Origin: Coleofasciculus chthonoplastes F2-STO-03
GTDB lineage: Bacteria; Cyanobacteriota; Cyanobacteriia; Cyanobacteriales; Coleofasciculaceae
NCBI GenBank assembly: GCA_040222015.1
Contig: JAVJWO010000093.1
Coordinates: 1-35,832, forward strand
DNA length: 35,832 bases
Reading direction: 5' to 3'
In this document: piece by piece, positions 9,941 through 19,349 of the stretch
Numbering within the stretch: position 1 is the stretch's first letter
Layout of the letters: the number at the start of each line of letters is the position of its first letter
Translations under genes and position numbers: made by a program
The notes under the pieces: generated by a model
Told to the model about the DNA's origin: nothing
The model's input: only the letters and a program-made list of their open reading frames with translations
The model's database searches: none

Positions 9941-10113
9941 CAGCCACCTTACCCGCTACGTGCCAGTTCTGCTTTTACACCGATGTTATCAGTATATTTC
10001 CCATCGGGGAAGGTAGAGAAGCTTCTTTGGGTAGAAGGGGTTTGAAACTGTTCCCTGTTAAGAGTTCCCTCTCCTCACCCCCAAACTTATTCAGCAGACC
10101 CTAAATAATATTA

Positions 10114-13100
10114 TTAGGTTTGAACGATCGCGTAACTCCGAATCTGCCAAGGCGCTATCCTCAAGGCTTGCAGCGTCGGGGATTCTGGAGACTGAGGACG
10201 TTCCAATAAATCAACGCAACCCTCTATCGCCAACCCTAAATCACTGGTTAATGAAACTTCCGCTTCCTCTCCCTGACATTCATAACACCGCAGAATCCAA
10301 CGGTGGGGATTATCTTGCGATCGCTTGAATGCAATCACTACTAAATTTTCTGCCGATAACTCTAGCAAGGAACCCCTGGGGGGCAATAATTTAACACAAA
10401 TGCCACTGACTTTAGAGTTTGTAGTCAGCGCTTTAGCGCTTCTGGCACTAAAGTGCCTACTACGAACCCAGCTTAAGTCAGTGCCATTCGATTTAACACC
10501 CTGATTCGCCGTATCTTCTAGCCGGACGACTTGCAGGGGGAAATTCAACTCATACCCTCGCTGAACGGTTTTCGCCCCTTGCCAAGTTCCAGCATGAGGA
10601 TAAAGTGCATAAGTAAACTGGTGAATTCCGCGATCGGCATCGGGATGGGGCCACATTGGACTTTTGAGTAGGGTTAATCGGAGTTGAGAGGGTTGGGCGT
10701 CATAGCCGTATTTACAATCATTGAGTAGACTCACGCCGTAAGTTTCATCACCCAGATCCGCCCAACGTAAGGCTGGAACTTCCCATTTGGCTTGTTCGGC
10801 GGGGGTTTGGGATTTGGTGGGGCGTTGGATGGCGCCGCAGGGAATTTCATAGGTAGCATAGTCGGCTTCTAGGTTTAAGGGGAATGCAGCTTTGACTAAT
10901 ACCTGGCGTTCCTGCCAATCTACGGTTGTGGCTATTTTAAGTATGGGTGAATCTGATGTCAGGATGTAGTCTTGGCAAAACTGGGATTGTCCTAATTGAC
11001 GAATGACTTGGAGACGCGATCGCAGGTTTCCTTGTTCTAGCCATTGAATCGATTTCAGTTGGGTTGGTGGTAAGGGATGCTGATGGTAATTGGGGTCAAT
11101 ATTCCAGGCGTCCCAATATTGTCCTTTGTCTGCAAAGGCTTGCAGTTGGTTTCCTGCACCGCTTAAGATTTCTCGTTGGTTTTGTTTATCAAAGATGCTG
11201 CTTAAGTCGCCAGTATTGGGATTGACGATAATTCGCAGGTAGTCATTTTCGAGGATAAATTCGTTATCGGATGGGGGATTGGGGTTGTCGTCTTCTGGGG
11301 GAGTATCTGTGGGACAAACCCAGACTATTTTATAGCCGATGGCGGGGATATCTTTTGCCTGAAATAGCAGATGGGTTTGATTCTTCGCTTTGCTTATATG
11401 GAATCCGGTTTGGCTGGGGATTTTTTCGCCGTTACTATCGTAAATTTGCCAGGTTTGATTGTTGGTGATGGGGAACTGTTTTTTCAACGCAGAGGTTCGC
11501 AGAGGTTCGCGCAGAGGTTCGCAGAGGGAGGGAGGTAAGGAGATGGTAATGAGTTCTGAATGTTGCCAGTTGAGGGGATTGAATATGATTAGGGGTTGGG
11601 CGTTGGGGTGAGGGGGTGAAGGGAGGGTGATTTGGGACGCGATCGCGTTTAGGGATTCGGCTATGATGTTTTGGGTTATTGTCTCGGCTTCTTGCCATTT
11701 TTGGTTGGCTTCAATGAAGACTTCGGGAATGGAGGTTCCGGGTAATATATCGTGGAATTGATTAAAGAGAACGTTTTTCCAGGCGGTTTCTAGTTGAGAT
11801 TGAGGATAGTTTTTTGTAGTGATTAGGGTGGCGAGGGAGGCAAAGAGTTCGGCTTGATACAGTAATCCTTCGCAGCGACGATTCCAGCGTTTTTGATCAG
11901 CGTGGGTGGTATAACAGCCGCGATGGAGTTCTAGATAGAGTTCGTTATTCCAAATCGGATTAGGAATGGGTAATTTGTCGGGGCGGGTTTCACTACTATC
12001 GTTGTTTGTTCCCCTGATGTGACTAAACCCGCCCTCATCTCCTCTATCTCTCATATCTCCCATCTTTTCTAACTGATTCTTAAGATTCTGTAAATACTTC
12101 AGTGCGGTGGTAAATTCTAAGTTGGGGAAGAAGGGAGATTGTTGCCAACGCTTTGCAACTTCTAACATATCGCGAGTCGGACCACCGCCATGATCGCCTA
12201 CACCGGGTAACCAAAAGATATCCTTAATTTTGGTTTGGGTTTGCCACTTAATCCCATAATTGGTCATGGTAATTGGATTGGTGTCCATGACTCCAGTAAT
12301 ATTAGGCGGCGACATTAAACTGAGAATTCGAGTTCCATCCGGTGATTGCCACCAAAAGAGGTGATAGGGGAATTCAGTTGTGTCATTCCAATGCAGTTTT
12401 TGGGTGACAAAATAGTTGATTCCGCCTTGTTTTAAAATTTGAGGTAATTGCCACGTAAAGCCAAAACTATCGGTTACCCAAGCAATTTGACTAATTTTAC
12501 CGAATTTTTCTTGGGTATAACGTTGACCATAAAGAAGTTGCCGGACAATGGATTCACCGTCAATTAAGTTGAGTTCGGGTTCAACCCACATCCCGCCAAC
12601 AGTTTCCCATTTTCCGGCTATAACTTGTTGTTTAATTTGGCTAAATAAGTCGGGACGATTCTGTTCGATCCAGGCATAAAGGGCGGGGGTCGTATGACAA
12701 TAGGTCAAATTAGGAAAGTCTTGCTGTAAACTGAGAACCGATTCAAAGGTTCGCACGGCAACATCCCAGGTTTCCTGAGTTGACCATAACCAAGCCATAT
12801 CTAAATGGGCATGACCGAGTAGGTGGAATGTCGCGTTAGGGGTGAGGTTTTGAGATAGTAAATTTTGCCGCAATTGAGTTAGCGATCGCGTAAACTGATC
12901 GGCATCAGATACCCTCTGCCAGTTAATCTTAGCTACAGCCGTCGCGAGGGTGTCTAATTGTTCGGGTGCAAAGGCGGTTAAATAGTTCTGTAATACGGTT
13001 AATTCATCCGCAACAAATCCCGGTTCAATCGAATCTATTGATTCATAAATACAGGCAGAACGCATTAACCCGCCAATATCATGACCTGGACTCACTAACC

Positions 13101-13509
13101 GTACCATAACCGTAATAATTTCTCCAGGACTAACGGTTGAATTTAGGAGGACTCTAGCGGAAGAATCAAATAAGTCTCCTTCTTGGACTAACTCACCATT
13201 CACAAAAATTTTGGCATCTTCCGCCCACCAGGTTAGCGCTAGTCGTAAGGTTAATCTGGCTAAGGGATAGCCTTGTAAATTGTGGGGAATAATAAATTGT
13301 TGCCCGAACCACATTACTTGGTGTCCGGCTGACCAGATAATATAGCCTTTATCATTGAGTTCACCACTTGACCCCTTGGCAAAAATGTGGTTACTTATCT
13401 CCTCCAGAGGTAGGTCTTCAGACCACAATTTCCAATTCGTCTGCACATTCACCTGAGTTAAGGCGCGGAGTTTAGCAATAGATTCAGAAAGGAAGGGTAA
13501 TGGGGACAT
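10114..13509 (-). CDS. Alpha-mannosidase, glycoside hydrolase family 38
   Basis: GHAHLDMAWLW, VGGMWVE, DSFG, GVGDHGGGPT, ELYLELHRGCYT, NQFHDILPGTSI, LLNDCKYG; carries three repeat-derived in-frame inserts. Confidence 0.95.
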   Translation of the reverse strand: MSPLPFLSESIAKLRALTQVNVQTNWKLWSEDLPLEEISNHIFAKGSSGELNDKGYIIWSAGHQVMWFGQQFIIPHNLQGYPLARLTLRLALTWWAEDAKIFVNGELVQEGDLFDSSARVLLNSTVSPGEIITVMVRLVSPGHDIGGLMRSACIYESIDSIEPGFVADELTVLQNYLTAFAPEQLDTLATAVAKINWQRVSDADQFTRSLTQLRQNLLSQNLTPNATFHLLGHAHLDMAWLWSTQETWDVAVRTFESVLSLQQDFPNLTYCHTTPALYAWIEQNRPDLFSQIKQQVIAGKWETVGGMWVEPELNLIDGESIVRQLLYGQRYTQEKFGKISQIAWVTDSFGFTWQLPQILKQGGINYFVTQKLHWNDTTEFPYHLFWWQSPDGTRILSLMSPPNITGVMDTNPITMTNYGIKWQTQTKIKDIFWLPGVGDHGGGPTRDMLEVAKRWQQSPFFPNLEFTTALKYLQNLKNQLEKMGDMRDRGDEGGFSHIRGTNNDSSETRPDKLPIPNPIWNNELYLELHRGCYTTHADQKRWNRRCEGLLYQAELFASLATLITTKNYPQSQLETAWKNVLFNQFHDILPGTSIPEVFIEANQKWQEAETITQNIIAESLNAIASQITLPSPPHPNAQPLIIFNPLNWQHSELITISLPPSLCEPLREPLRTSALKKQFPITNNQTWQIYDSNGEKIPSQTGFHISKAKNQTHLLFQAKDIPAIGYKIVWVCPTDTPPEDDNPNPPSDNEFILENDYLRIIVNPNTGDLSSIFDKQNQREILSGAGNQLQAFADKGQYWDAWNIDPNYHQHPLPPTQLKSIQWLEQGNLRSRLQVIRQLGQSQFCQDYILTSDSPILKIATTVDWQERQVLVKAAFPLNLEADYATYEIPCGAIQRPTKSQTPAEQAKWEVPALRWADLGDETYGVSLLNDCKYGYDAQPSQLRLTLLKSPMWPHPDADRGIHQFTYALYPHAGTWQGAKTVQRGYELNFPLQVVRLEDTANQGVKSNGTDLSWVRSRHFSARSAKALTTNSKVSGICVKLLPPRGSLLELSAENLVVIAFKRSQDNPHRWILRCYECQGEEAEVSLTSDLGLAIEGCVDLLERPQSPESPTLQALRIAPWQIRSYAIVQT
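10398..10490. mobile_element. 93-bp MITE-like element inserted in frame in the mannosidase gene
   Basis: Terminal inverted repeats aatgccactgactt/aagtcagtgccatt; 9-bp direct repeat atttaacac at 10389-10397 and 10491-10499; near-identical inverted copy at 32536-32628. Confidence 0.9.
11486..11527. repeat. Short tandem repeat (cgcagaggtt)n inside the mannosidase gene
   Basis: About four units encoding LCEPLREPLRTSAL. Confidence 0.7.
11977..12035. repeat. REP-like family A copy inside the mannosidase coding sequence
   Basis: ggggcgggtttcactactatc...atgtgactaaacccgccct closely matches the intergenic copy at 18897-18957. Confidence 0.88.
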
Positions 13510-13682
13510 GGTAATTAAGGATAAAAGTTAATCGTTAGCCATCCAAATTACGAAAGCGCCTGTCGCATTAATTCGCCTAGGTTATAAACCCAAGTAAGCA
13601 AAAGCTTAAGTACGCCTTAGCTTACTACATTAAAGACGTTGAACCCGTTTTAACTCAGATCTTGCACTATCTAAGCCAAATT

Positions 13683-13712
13683 GTAGGGTGCGTTAGCAAA
13701 GCGTAACGCACC
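13683..13712. repeat. Small GTAG-footed palindrome
   Basis: gtagggtgcgtta-gcaaagcg-taacgcacc. Confidence 0.6.
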
Positions 13713-13849
13713 ATTTATAGCTGAATTAAGAGTTTGTTGTGGGTGATGCTAGCGTTTATGGCGAAGACAGCGCAACTACGAACATTCGCTAAGAAAGCGA
13801 TAAAGTATGGAATAATAAATAAGTCATCGCTGCTTCTGCTTGCATCACC

Positions 13850-15526
13850 ATGTCTGCTTCTACCCCAGGTCGCTACCGCAGCCGATTGTTCAATTTTATC
13901 AATCATCATTCTCGCCGACTCCTCGATCGCGGTGAACGGGCAATCCGACATCTGAAAGTCGCGGCTGTTTGGGGAACACAGATTCTCCTCTATCCTATAT
14001 ATATGGTGGTTCAAACCAGTCTCACGGCTGGACGGCAACTTTCGGCAGAGGCAAAAACGGGATGGACTCGATTAAAAGCCTTGACCCAATCCCAACCGCC
14101 AGAACAACCGCCTGCTGTTGATACGCCGATTCAACGGGTTCTCAAGGAAGTCGAAACCTTACAATTCACATCTTGCACCATTCTCAATAGGGCGGTTAAA
14201 ACCGCAGCTACACAAACGAAACCCGCCTTCGCGGGTTCCCCAATCCTGGTTCCGCTAGTCCGCGAAGGTGGACTTGGTTTGTCTAGCTGCGAATTTGATT
14301 CGCCGAGGTTTATTGGAATAGAACCAAATAAAATAACCGATACTCCTAATCTGGATATCTCCTCTTCCTCACGGGTAGAGATTCAAGGTGTAGCCACCCT
14401 CCTCCCCACCCGAACCCTAGTTCTGGTTTCCATCACTAATGAAATTTTGGATATCCTCACCCCAGAACAACAACAAAAACTGGCGGCGAGAATAAGCTGG
14501 GAATTGGCTACCCTATATCGTCAGTGGCGTTTAGTTGATAATTTAAAGACTTCCAGAGTGCAACGCCAACTCAGTCACTTAGCTAAACCCTCTCTGTTTC
14601 TCCCCTTAAGACTATTCTGGCAACTCATGGCATGGGTGCAAACCAGTCCGGTTGCGATCGCGATTAATCTCTTCGGTGAGTCTACCTTATCAGACGATCA
14701 GGAACTCATGCCTGCGATCGCATCTCCCACCGAAATTCCCCAAAACTTTGCCTATTCCTGGCTGAAACGAGTGGCACCAGGGGGAACATTAGCCGCGATC
14801 GATGACACCATTGCCCAATGGGAATCGCACCCGTTACAGACATCGAATCATGTTGCGATCGCACTTTCTCCAGGATTTACAGTCAAAAAAATGGCTATCC
14901 GCAACAACCCTATTGGTGCTATTCTCCAGCGTTTTGGTTTCTATAAACAAGCTGAAACCCTACGGGTAACCGCTCAAGAACAACCCAATTCACAACAACA
15001 ATCTGTTAGGTTTGGACAGAGTATTGAAGCTAAATTACTACGTTGTATTCCTCTCCTTAACCTAACCGAAAATGTCGATCGGAATCACAACCCACTTACT
15101 CACACCCAAACGCAAACGGTTAACTCTTCCACTCCACTTTTCTATCCAATAGCATTACAAAGTTCAGAAATTTCGACATTAGAAAATAATTGTAAAACGG
15201 GAACAGTTGTCAAGGTCTTTCCGGCGACATTATCAGAGCAAAGTCCAACAAGTTTACCTGAACCTTTACCCTCCTATTCATCTTTGCCGTTATCTTTTGA
15301 TTCTGCCTTATCTTCACCATCCGAACACCCCATTTCCTATGCCCACAACCATGATATTGAACCCGCGCCCGACTGGATTGAAACGGAGGCAATTTCCACA
15401 GGATATGTTAAACATCCCTTAGAAGAAATCCTAGAATGGTTGGATGTAGGAATGCTTTTGCTGGAGGAGGTAACGATTAAAGCTTGGCAATGGATGCGAC
15501 AATTTTTTGCCAAGGACAACGGATGA
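13850..15526 (+). CDS. Conserved cyanobacterial hypothetical protein
   Basis: 558-aa ORF with ordered-looking N-terminal (RYRSRLFNF, WGTQILLYPIY) and C-terminal (DWIETEAISTGYVKHPLEEILEWLD) blocks around low-complexity linkers. Confidence 0.75.
   Translation: MSASTPGRYRSRLFNFINHHSRRLLDRGERAIRHLKVAAVWGTQILLYPIYMVVQTSLTAGRQLSAEAKTGWTRLKALTQSQPPEQPPAVDTPIQRVLKEVETLQFTSCTILNRAVKTAATQTKPAFAGSPILVPLVREGGLGLSSCEFDSPRFIGIEPNKITDTPNLDISSSSRVEIQGVATLLPTRTLVLVSITNEILDILTPEQQQKLAARISWELATLYRQWRLVDNLKTSRVQRQLSHLAKPSLFLPLRLFWQLMAWVQTSPVAIAINLFGESTLSDDQELMPAIASPTEIPQNFAYSWLKRVAPGGTLAAIDDTIAQWESHPLQTSNHVAIALSPGFTVKKMAIRNNPIGAILQRFGFYKQAETLRVTAQEQPNSQQQSVRFGQSIEAKLLRCIPLLNLTENVDRNHNPLTHTQTQTVNSSTPLFYPIALQSSEISTLENNCKTGTVVKVFPATLSEQSPTSLPEPLPSYSSLPLSFDSALSSPSEHPISYAHNHDIEPAPDWIETEAISTGYVKHPLEEILEWLDVGMLLLEEVTIKAWQWMRQFFAKDNG
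14189..14305. repeat. Dispersed palindromic element (family C) inside the CDS
   Basis: agggcggttaaaaccgcagctacacaaacgaaacccgccttcgcgggtt matches intergenic 17853-17902; the distal arm is an imperfect inverted copy. Confidence 0.8.
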
Positions 15527-15608
15527 TATTAAGTTCAGTTGAAGGTAGTGGGGAAGATGAAGTGATGGGCGAGTCATGTTCCATACGTGGTGCAAGAAGC
15601 GTCTGTGT

Positions 15609-15740
15609 GTAGGGGCGGGTTTAGGGACTAATATTGAATGTTATCCCTAGCTTGGCGGCAAAACCCGCCCGACCAAATGACAAATAACAAATGACGAATG
15701 ACAAATGACGAATGACAAATGACAAATGACGAATGACGAC
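15609..15740. repeat. REP-like family A copy plus heptamer tandem repeat (caaatga/cgaatga) running into the ktrB start
   Basis: About nine heptamer units at 15674-15738; similar tracts precede yraN (about 22797-22829) and the pirin gene (about 30645-30660). Confidence 0.85.
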
Positions 15741-15742
15741 TT

Positions 15743-17077
15743 ATGACTATTCCGCGCACGATTTGCCTCGGATTCTTAGCCATGATTACTGTAGGCACAT
15801 TTCTGTTAATTCTACCGTTCTCTACTCAGGATGGAACATGGACTGATCCAATTACCGCCTTATTTACCGCCACCTCTGCTGTCTGTGTCACGGGTTTAGC
15901 TGTGGTTGATACGGGCAGTTATTTTTCGGGTGTCGGTCAGTTTTTTGTCCTTGCCTTATTCCAGCTTGGCGGGTTAGGCTATATGACAACCACGACTTTT
16001 ATGTTACTCTTGGTGCGTCGGCGGTTTAACTTGCGTCAGAAAATAGCCATTCAACAAGCGTTTGATCGTCCGGGTTTAGAAAAAAGTTCGTTTGTTATTC
16101 GCTCAATTATTGCCACAGCAATAATTTTTGAGTTAACCGGATTTTTCCTGTTGTTACTCGTCTTTGTTCCAGAGCAAGGCTGGAATCAAGGATTGTGGTT
16201 AGCTCTTTTTCACAGTATTAGCGCCTGGAATAATGCTGGATTTAGTTTGTTTTCCGATAGTTTAATGGGCTATCAGTCATCTGTTTTGTTACTTGGGATT
16301 ATTTCGGGACTGATTGTCTTAGGTGGAATTGGTCAACCTGTGATTTTTGAAATGTATCTCTGGTTGCTCGATATCTTTAAGTATAAACGTGAAAAGCTTA
16401 CCTTTTCTCTGAATTTTAAAGTGGTAACCAGCACAACCTTATTCCTATTAATCCTAGGAACAATCGCCTTCTTTTTTGTCGAAGTAAATAACCCGAACAT
16501 TTTAGTAAATTTAAGTTTCCGGGATAAACTTTTAAGCGCATGGTTTCAGTCGGTGACGACAAGAACGGCAGGATTTAACACCATTGATATTAGTCAAATG
16601 ACAGCAGCGGGTTTATTTATGACAATTGCTTTCATGTTTATCGGTGCAAGTCCAGGCGGAACCGGGGGCGGGATGAAAACGACAACCTTTCGGGTGTTGG
16701 CGAATTGTACGAAGGCGATTTTACAAGGAAAAGAGGAAGTTTATCTGTACAGACGTCAGGTGCCACTCAACCTAATTTTAAAAGCCACGGCGGTTCTAGT
16801 TGGTTCGGTCACCACCGTAATTATTTTGACCATTTTAATTGCGATCACTGATCCCCATATTCCATTTATCCAACTCCTCTTTGAAGTTGTATCTGCTTTC
16901 GCGACAGTTGGACTTTCAACGGGTATCACTGCTGGTCTCTCGGCGTTGGGAAAAATTATTTTAGTGGCAACGATGTTTATTGGGCGGGTAGGAATTATCG
17001 CATTTATGGGAACCCTTCTGGGAGATCCCAGTCCTAGCCATGTTCGTTATCCGGAAGAAAATCTCCTCGTAGGATAA
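15743..17077 (+). CDS. ktrB: Ktr/TrkH-family K+ uptake membrane subunit
   Basis: FTATSAVCVTGL, SAWNNAGF, TTRTAGF, GASPGGTGGG, SAFATVGLS, MFIGRVG. Confidence 0.93.
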   Translation: MTIPRTICLGFLAMITVGTFLLILPFSTQDGTWTDPITALFTATSAVCVTGLAVVDTGSYFSGVGQFFVLALFQLGGLGYMTTTTFMLLLVRRRFNLRQKIAIQQAFDRPGLEKSSFVIRSIIATAIIFELTGFFLLLLVFVPEQGWNQGLWLALFHSISAWNNAGFSLFSDSLMGYQSSVLLLGIISGLIVLGGIGQPVIFEMYLWLLDIFKYKREKLTFSLNFKVVTSTTLFLLILGTIAFFFVEVNNPNILVNLSFRDKLLSAWFQSVTTRTAGFNTIDISQMTAAGLFMTIAFMFIGASPGGTGGGMKTTTFRVLANCTKAILQGKEEVYLYRRQVPLNLILKATAVLVGSVTTVIILTILIAITDPHIPFIQLLFEVVSAFATVGLSTGITAGLSALGKIILVATMFIGRVGIIAFMGTLLGDPSPSHVRYPEENLLVG

Positions 17078-17138
17078 TGCTACTTTAACGGGTATAGGGT
17101 TATGATCAATAATATTTCATTGAGGAAAGGACAAGGGT

Positions 17139-17834
17139 GTGAGTTGGTCATCTGTAGGGTTCTGGCGGAAGCTGCATCGAGAAAATAAGCAATTTGCTGT
17201 CATTGGTTTAGGGCGTTTTGGTCGAGGCGTTTGCTCCTCCCTACACCATCTGGGACATGAAGTCTTAGGAACAGATATTAATGAAAAACTGGTTAGTCAA
17301 GTCTTGAACGACCAAATCGCCGCCCATGCGATTCAACTCGATTCTACCGATCCCAAAGCGTTGAAAGAGGCGGGAATTTTTGAATTTGATACGGTGATTA
17401 TTGCGATTGGCAACTATTTACAGGAAAGTATTATTACTACACTTAATATTAAGGAAGCCGGTGTCCAATATGTGGTGGCTAAAGCGTCTTCAGAAGTTCA
17501 TGGTAAATTGTTAGAACGGGTTGGCGCGGATCGGGTGGTTTATCCGGAATATGAAGCGGGTTGTGCTTTGGCGCGATCGCTGACTCAACCTTCTATTTTA
17601 GATCGTTTTGAGTTAGACCCAAATCACAGTATTGTCGAGATATCTGTTCCTGAAGAGTTTCATGGCAAAACTGTGATGGAACTGCAACTGCGGAATCGCT
17701 ATGGCTTAAACTTATTGGCGGTTGGTCAAGATGAACAGTTTGAGATTAATCCCGCTCCCACAACTCGCCTGTTTAAAGGGTTTGCCATGGTGGTGATTGG
17801 TTCCAATCGAGATATTGAGCGTTTGCCTATTTAA
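17139..17834 (+). CDS. ktrA: Ktr/TrkA-family regulatory subunit (RCK-N and RCK-C)
   Basis: FAVIGLGRFG Rossmann motif, GADRVVYPE; adjacent to ktrB. Confidence 0.92.
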   Translation: MSWSSVGFWRKLHRENKQFAVIGLGRFGRGVCSSLHHLGHEVLGTDINEKLVSQVLNDQIAAHAIQLDSTDPKALKEAGIFEFDTVIIAIGNYLQESIITTLNIKEAGVQYVVAKASSEVHGKLLERVGADRVVYPEYEAGCALARSLTQPSILDRFELDPNHSIVEISVPEEFHGKTVMELQLRNRYGLNLLAVGQDEQFEINPAPTTRLFKGFAMVVIGSNRDIERLPI

Positions 17835-17852
17835 GTACATACCATTTTCAAC

Positions 17853-18010
17853 AGGGCGGTTGAAACCGCAACTAAACAAACAAAACCCGCCTTCGCGGGT
17901 TTCCAAACCCTTTATTTTTCGTTTACCTATTTAAACAGGGAACAGGGAACAGGGAACAGGTTTCACTATTATCGTTTCTTACCTCACCTAGATGTGACTA
18001 AACCCGCCCC
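17853..18010. repeat. Repeat cluster: family C half copy, (aacaggg)n heptamers, truncated family A copy
   Basis: Direct matches to 14189-14237 and to 18905-18956. Confidence 0.75.
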
Positions 18011-18030
18011 GATTCCCCATCTTTTATGAT

Positions 18031-18762
18031 TTATACAACCTGAATTTCATCCAATTGTGCGATCGCGACATCTGCATCTGGGAAATTAATCGATGTTCCC
18101 CAGCTAATCCCAATACAACCCGCCGCACCCGCACGACTTGCCATCGCCATGTCTCCTGCTGAATCTCCCACCATCAGGGTTGCACTCGCAGAAACGTCCA
18201 AACGTTCACAGGCTTGCAGAAATAACGCCGGATCAGGTTTACTAAGGTCTGTATCAACCCCTTGTTGTAATTGAATATAAGGCTCTAACTGGTGACGTTT
18301 GACAAAGGCTTGTACTCCTGCTGTTGAAGCCGCCGACAGAATTCCCAATTTTAAACCCGCTTCAGACAGGGATTTGAGGACATCTAAACTTCCCGCAAAT
18401 AACGGAGAAGTTCCCGCTGCATCCTTGAGATATCGCTCTGCTTCGGCAAAGGCATTACGGGCAATCTCTAGAGATTCTATCCAACCTCGCCCCGTTTCGG
18501 CAATATAAGCCGCTGCTGCAATTTCACTTTCTCGACGGCTACCCACCGCCATTAAACCCGTCGGATCAAGGGTATCATCCTGAATCCCAAACGCCATCAG
18601 CAAGGGTTCACCCACACCAGGAATTTGAGCATCAATCAAACGCGATCGCTTATAGGCTAATTCTCGCAAAAAGGCTTGTGAATCTTCTAACGTCCCATCT
18701 TTATCAAAAATGATCGCTTCTATCTTCGGGAATGTCATCTCCCGACAGCGAATAGTTACCAA
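18031..18762 (-). CDS. HAD-superfamily hydrolase (phosphoglycolate phosphatase-like)
   Basis: IIFDKDGTL, LS, SKPDP, MVGDSAGD motifs. Confidence 0.9.
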   Translation of the reverse strand: MVTIRCREMTFPKIEAIIFDKDGTLEDSQAFLRELAYKRSRLIDAQIPGVGEPLLMAFGIQDDTLDPTGLMAVGSRRESEIAAAAYIAETGRGWIESLEIARNAFAEAERYLKDAAGTSPLFAGSLDVLKSLSEAGLKLGILSAASTAGVQAFVKRHQLEPYIQLQQGVDTDLSKPDPALFLQACERLDVSASATLMVGDSAGDMAMASRAGAAGCIGISWGTSINFPDADVAIAQLDEIQVV

Positions 18763-18896
18763 GGGTTACACTCCTAGAACAGCTCTCAGAGACTATCTTC
18801 CCATGTTGCTAATCATTCGTACAGGAGATGGGGAAGATGGGGAAGATGAGGGAGATGGGGTTGTAGAGACGTTCCGGTGGAACGTCTGGGAGCTGT

Positions 18897-18957
18897 GTAG
18901 GGGCGGGTTTCACTACTATCATTTTTTTGTCCACCCTAATGTCACTAAACCCGCCCT
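18897..18957. repeat. REP-like family A copy
   Basis: gtaggggcgggtttcactactatc...actaaacccgccct. Confidence 0.85.
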
Positions 18958-18997
18958 GTCTAAATGATAAATGACAAAGGACAAATGATAAATGCTG

Positions 18998-19289
18998 AGT
19001 AGCGAGCAAGATGCTTAGTAGCGAGCAAGATGCTGAGTAGCGAGCAAGATGCTTAGTAGCGAGCAAGATGCTTAGTAGCGAGCAAGATGCTTAGTAGCGA
19101 GCAAGATGCTTAGTAGCGAGCAAGATGCCTAGTAGCGAGCAAGATGCCTAGTAGCGAGCAAGATGCCTAGTAGCGAGCAAGATGCCTAGTAGCGAGCAAG
19201 ATGCTTAGTAGCGAGCAAGATGCTTAGTAGCGAGCAAGATGCTGAGTAGCGAGCAAGATGCTTAGTAGCGAGCAAGATGCTCGCACTAC
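18998..19289. repeat. Tandem array of 15 x 19 bp (AGTAGCGAGCAAGATGCYK)
   Basis: Counted unit by unit from 18998; no spacers; the last unit completes the palindrome ...gctcgcactac. Confidence 0.97.
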
Positions 19290-19349
19290 TACAATAATTT
19301 CGCCATGATTGACATTAAGGTTTAAATGCCGAACAGCTTACCATCAAGC

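Noticed and set aside
18809..19066. 85-aa ORF across the repeat cluster
   Set aside because: Made entirely of repeat-derived sequence with no recognisable start context.
18998..19289. CRISPR array
   Set aside because: Units are head-to-tail with no unique spacers, 19 bp is short for a CRISPR repeat, and there are no cas genes in the window.
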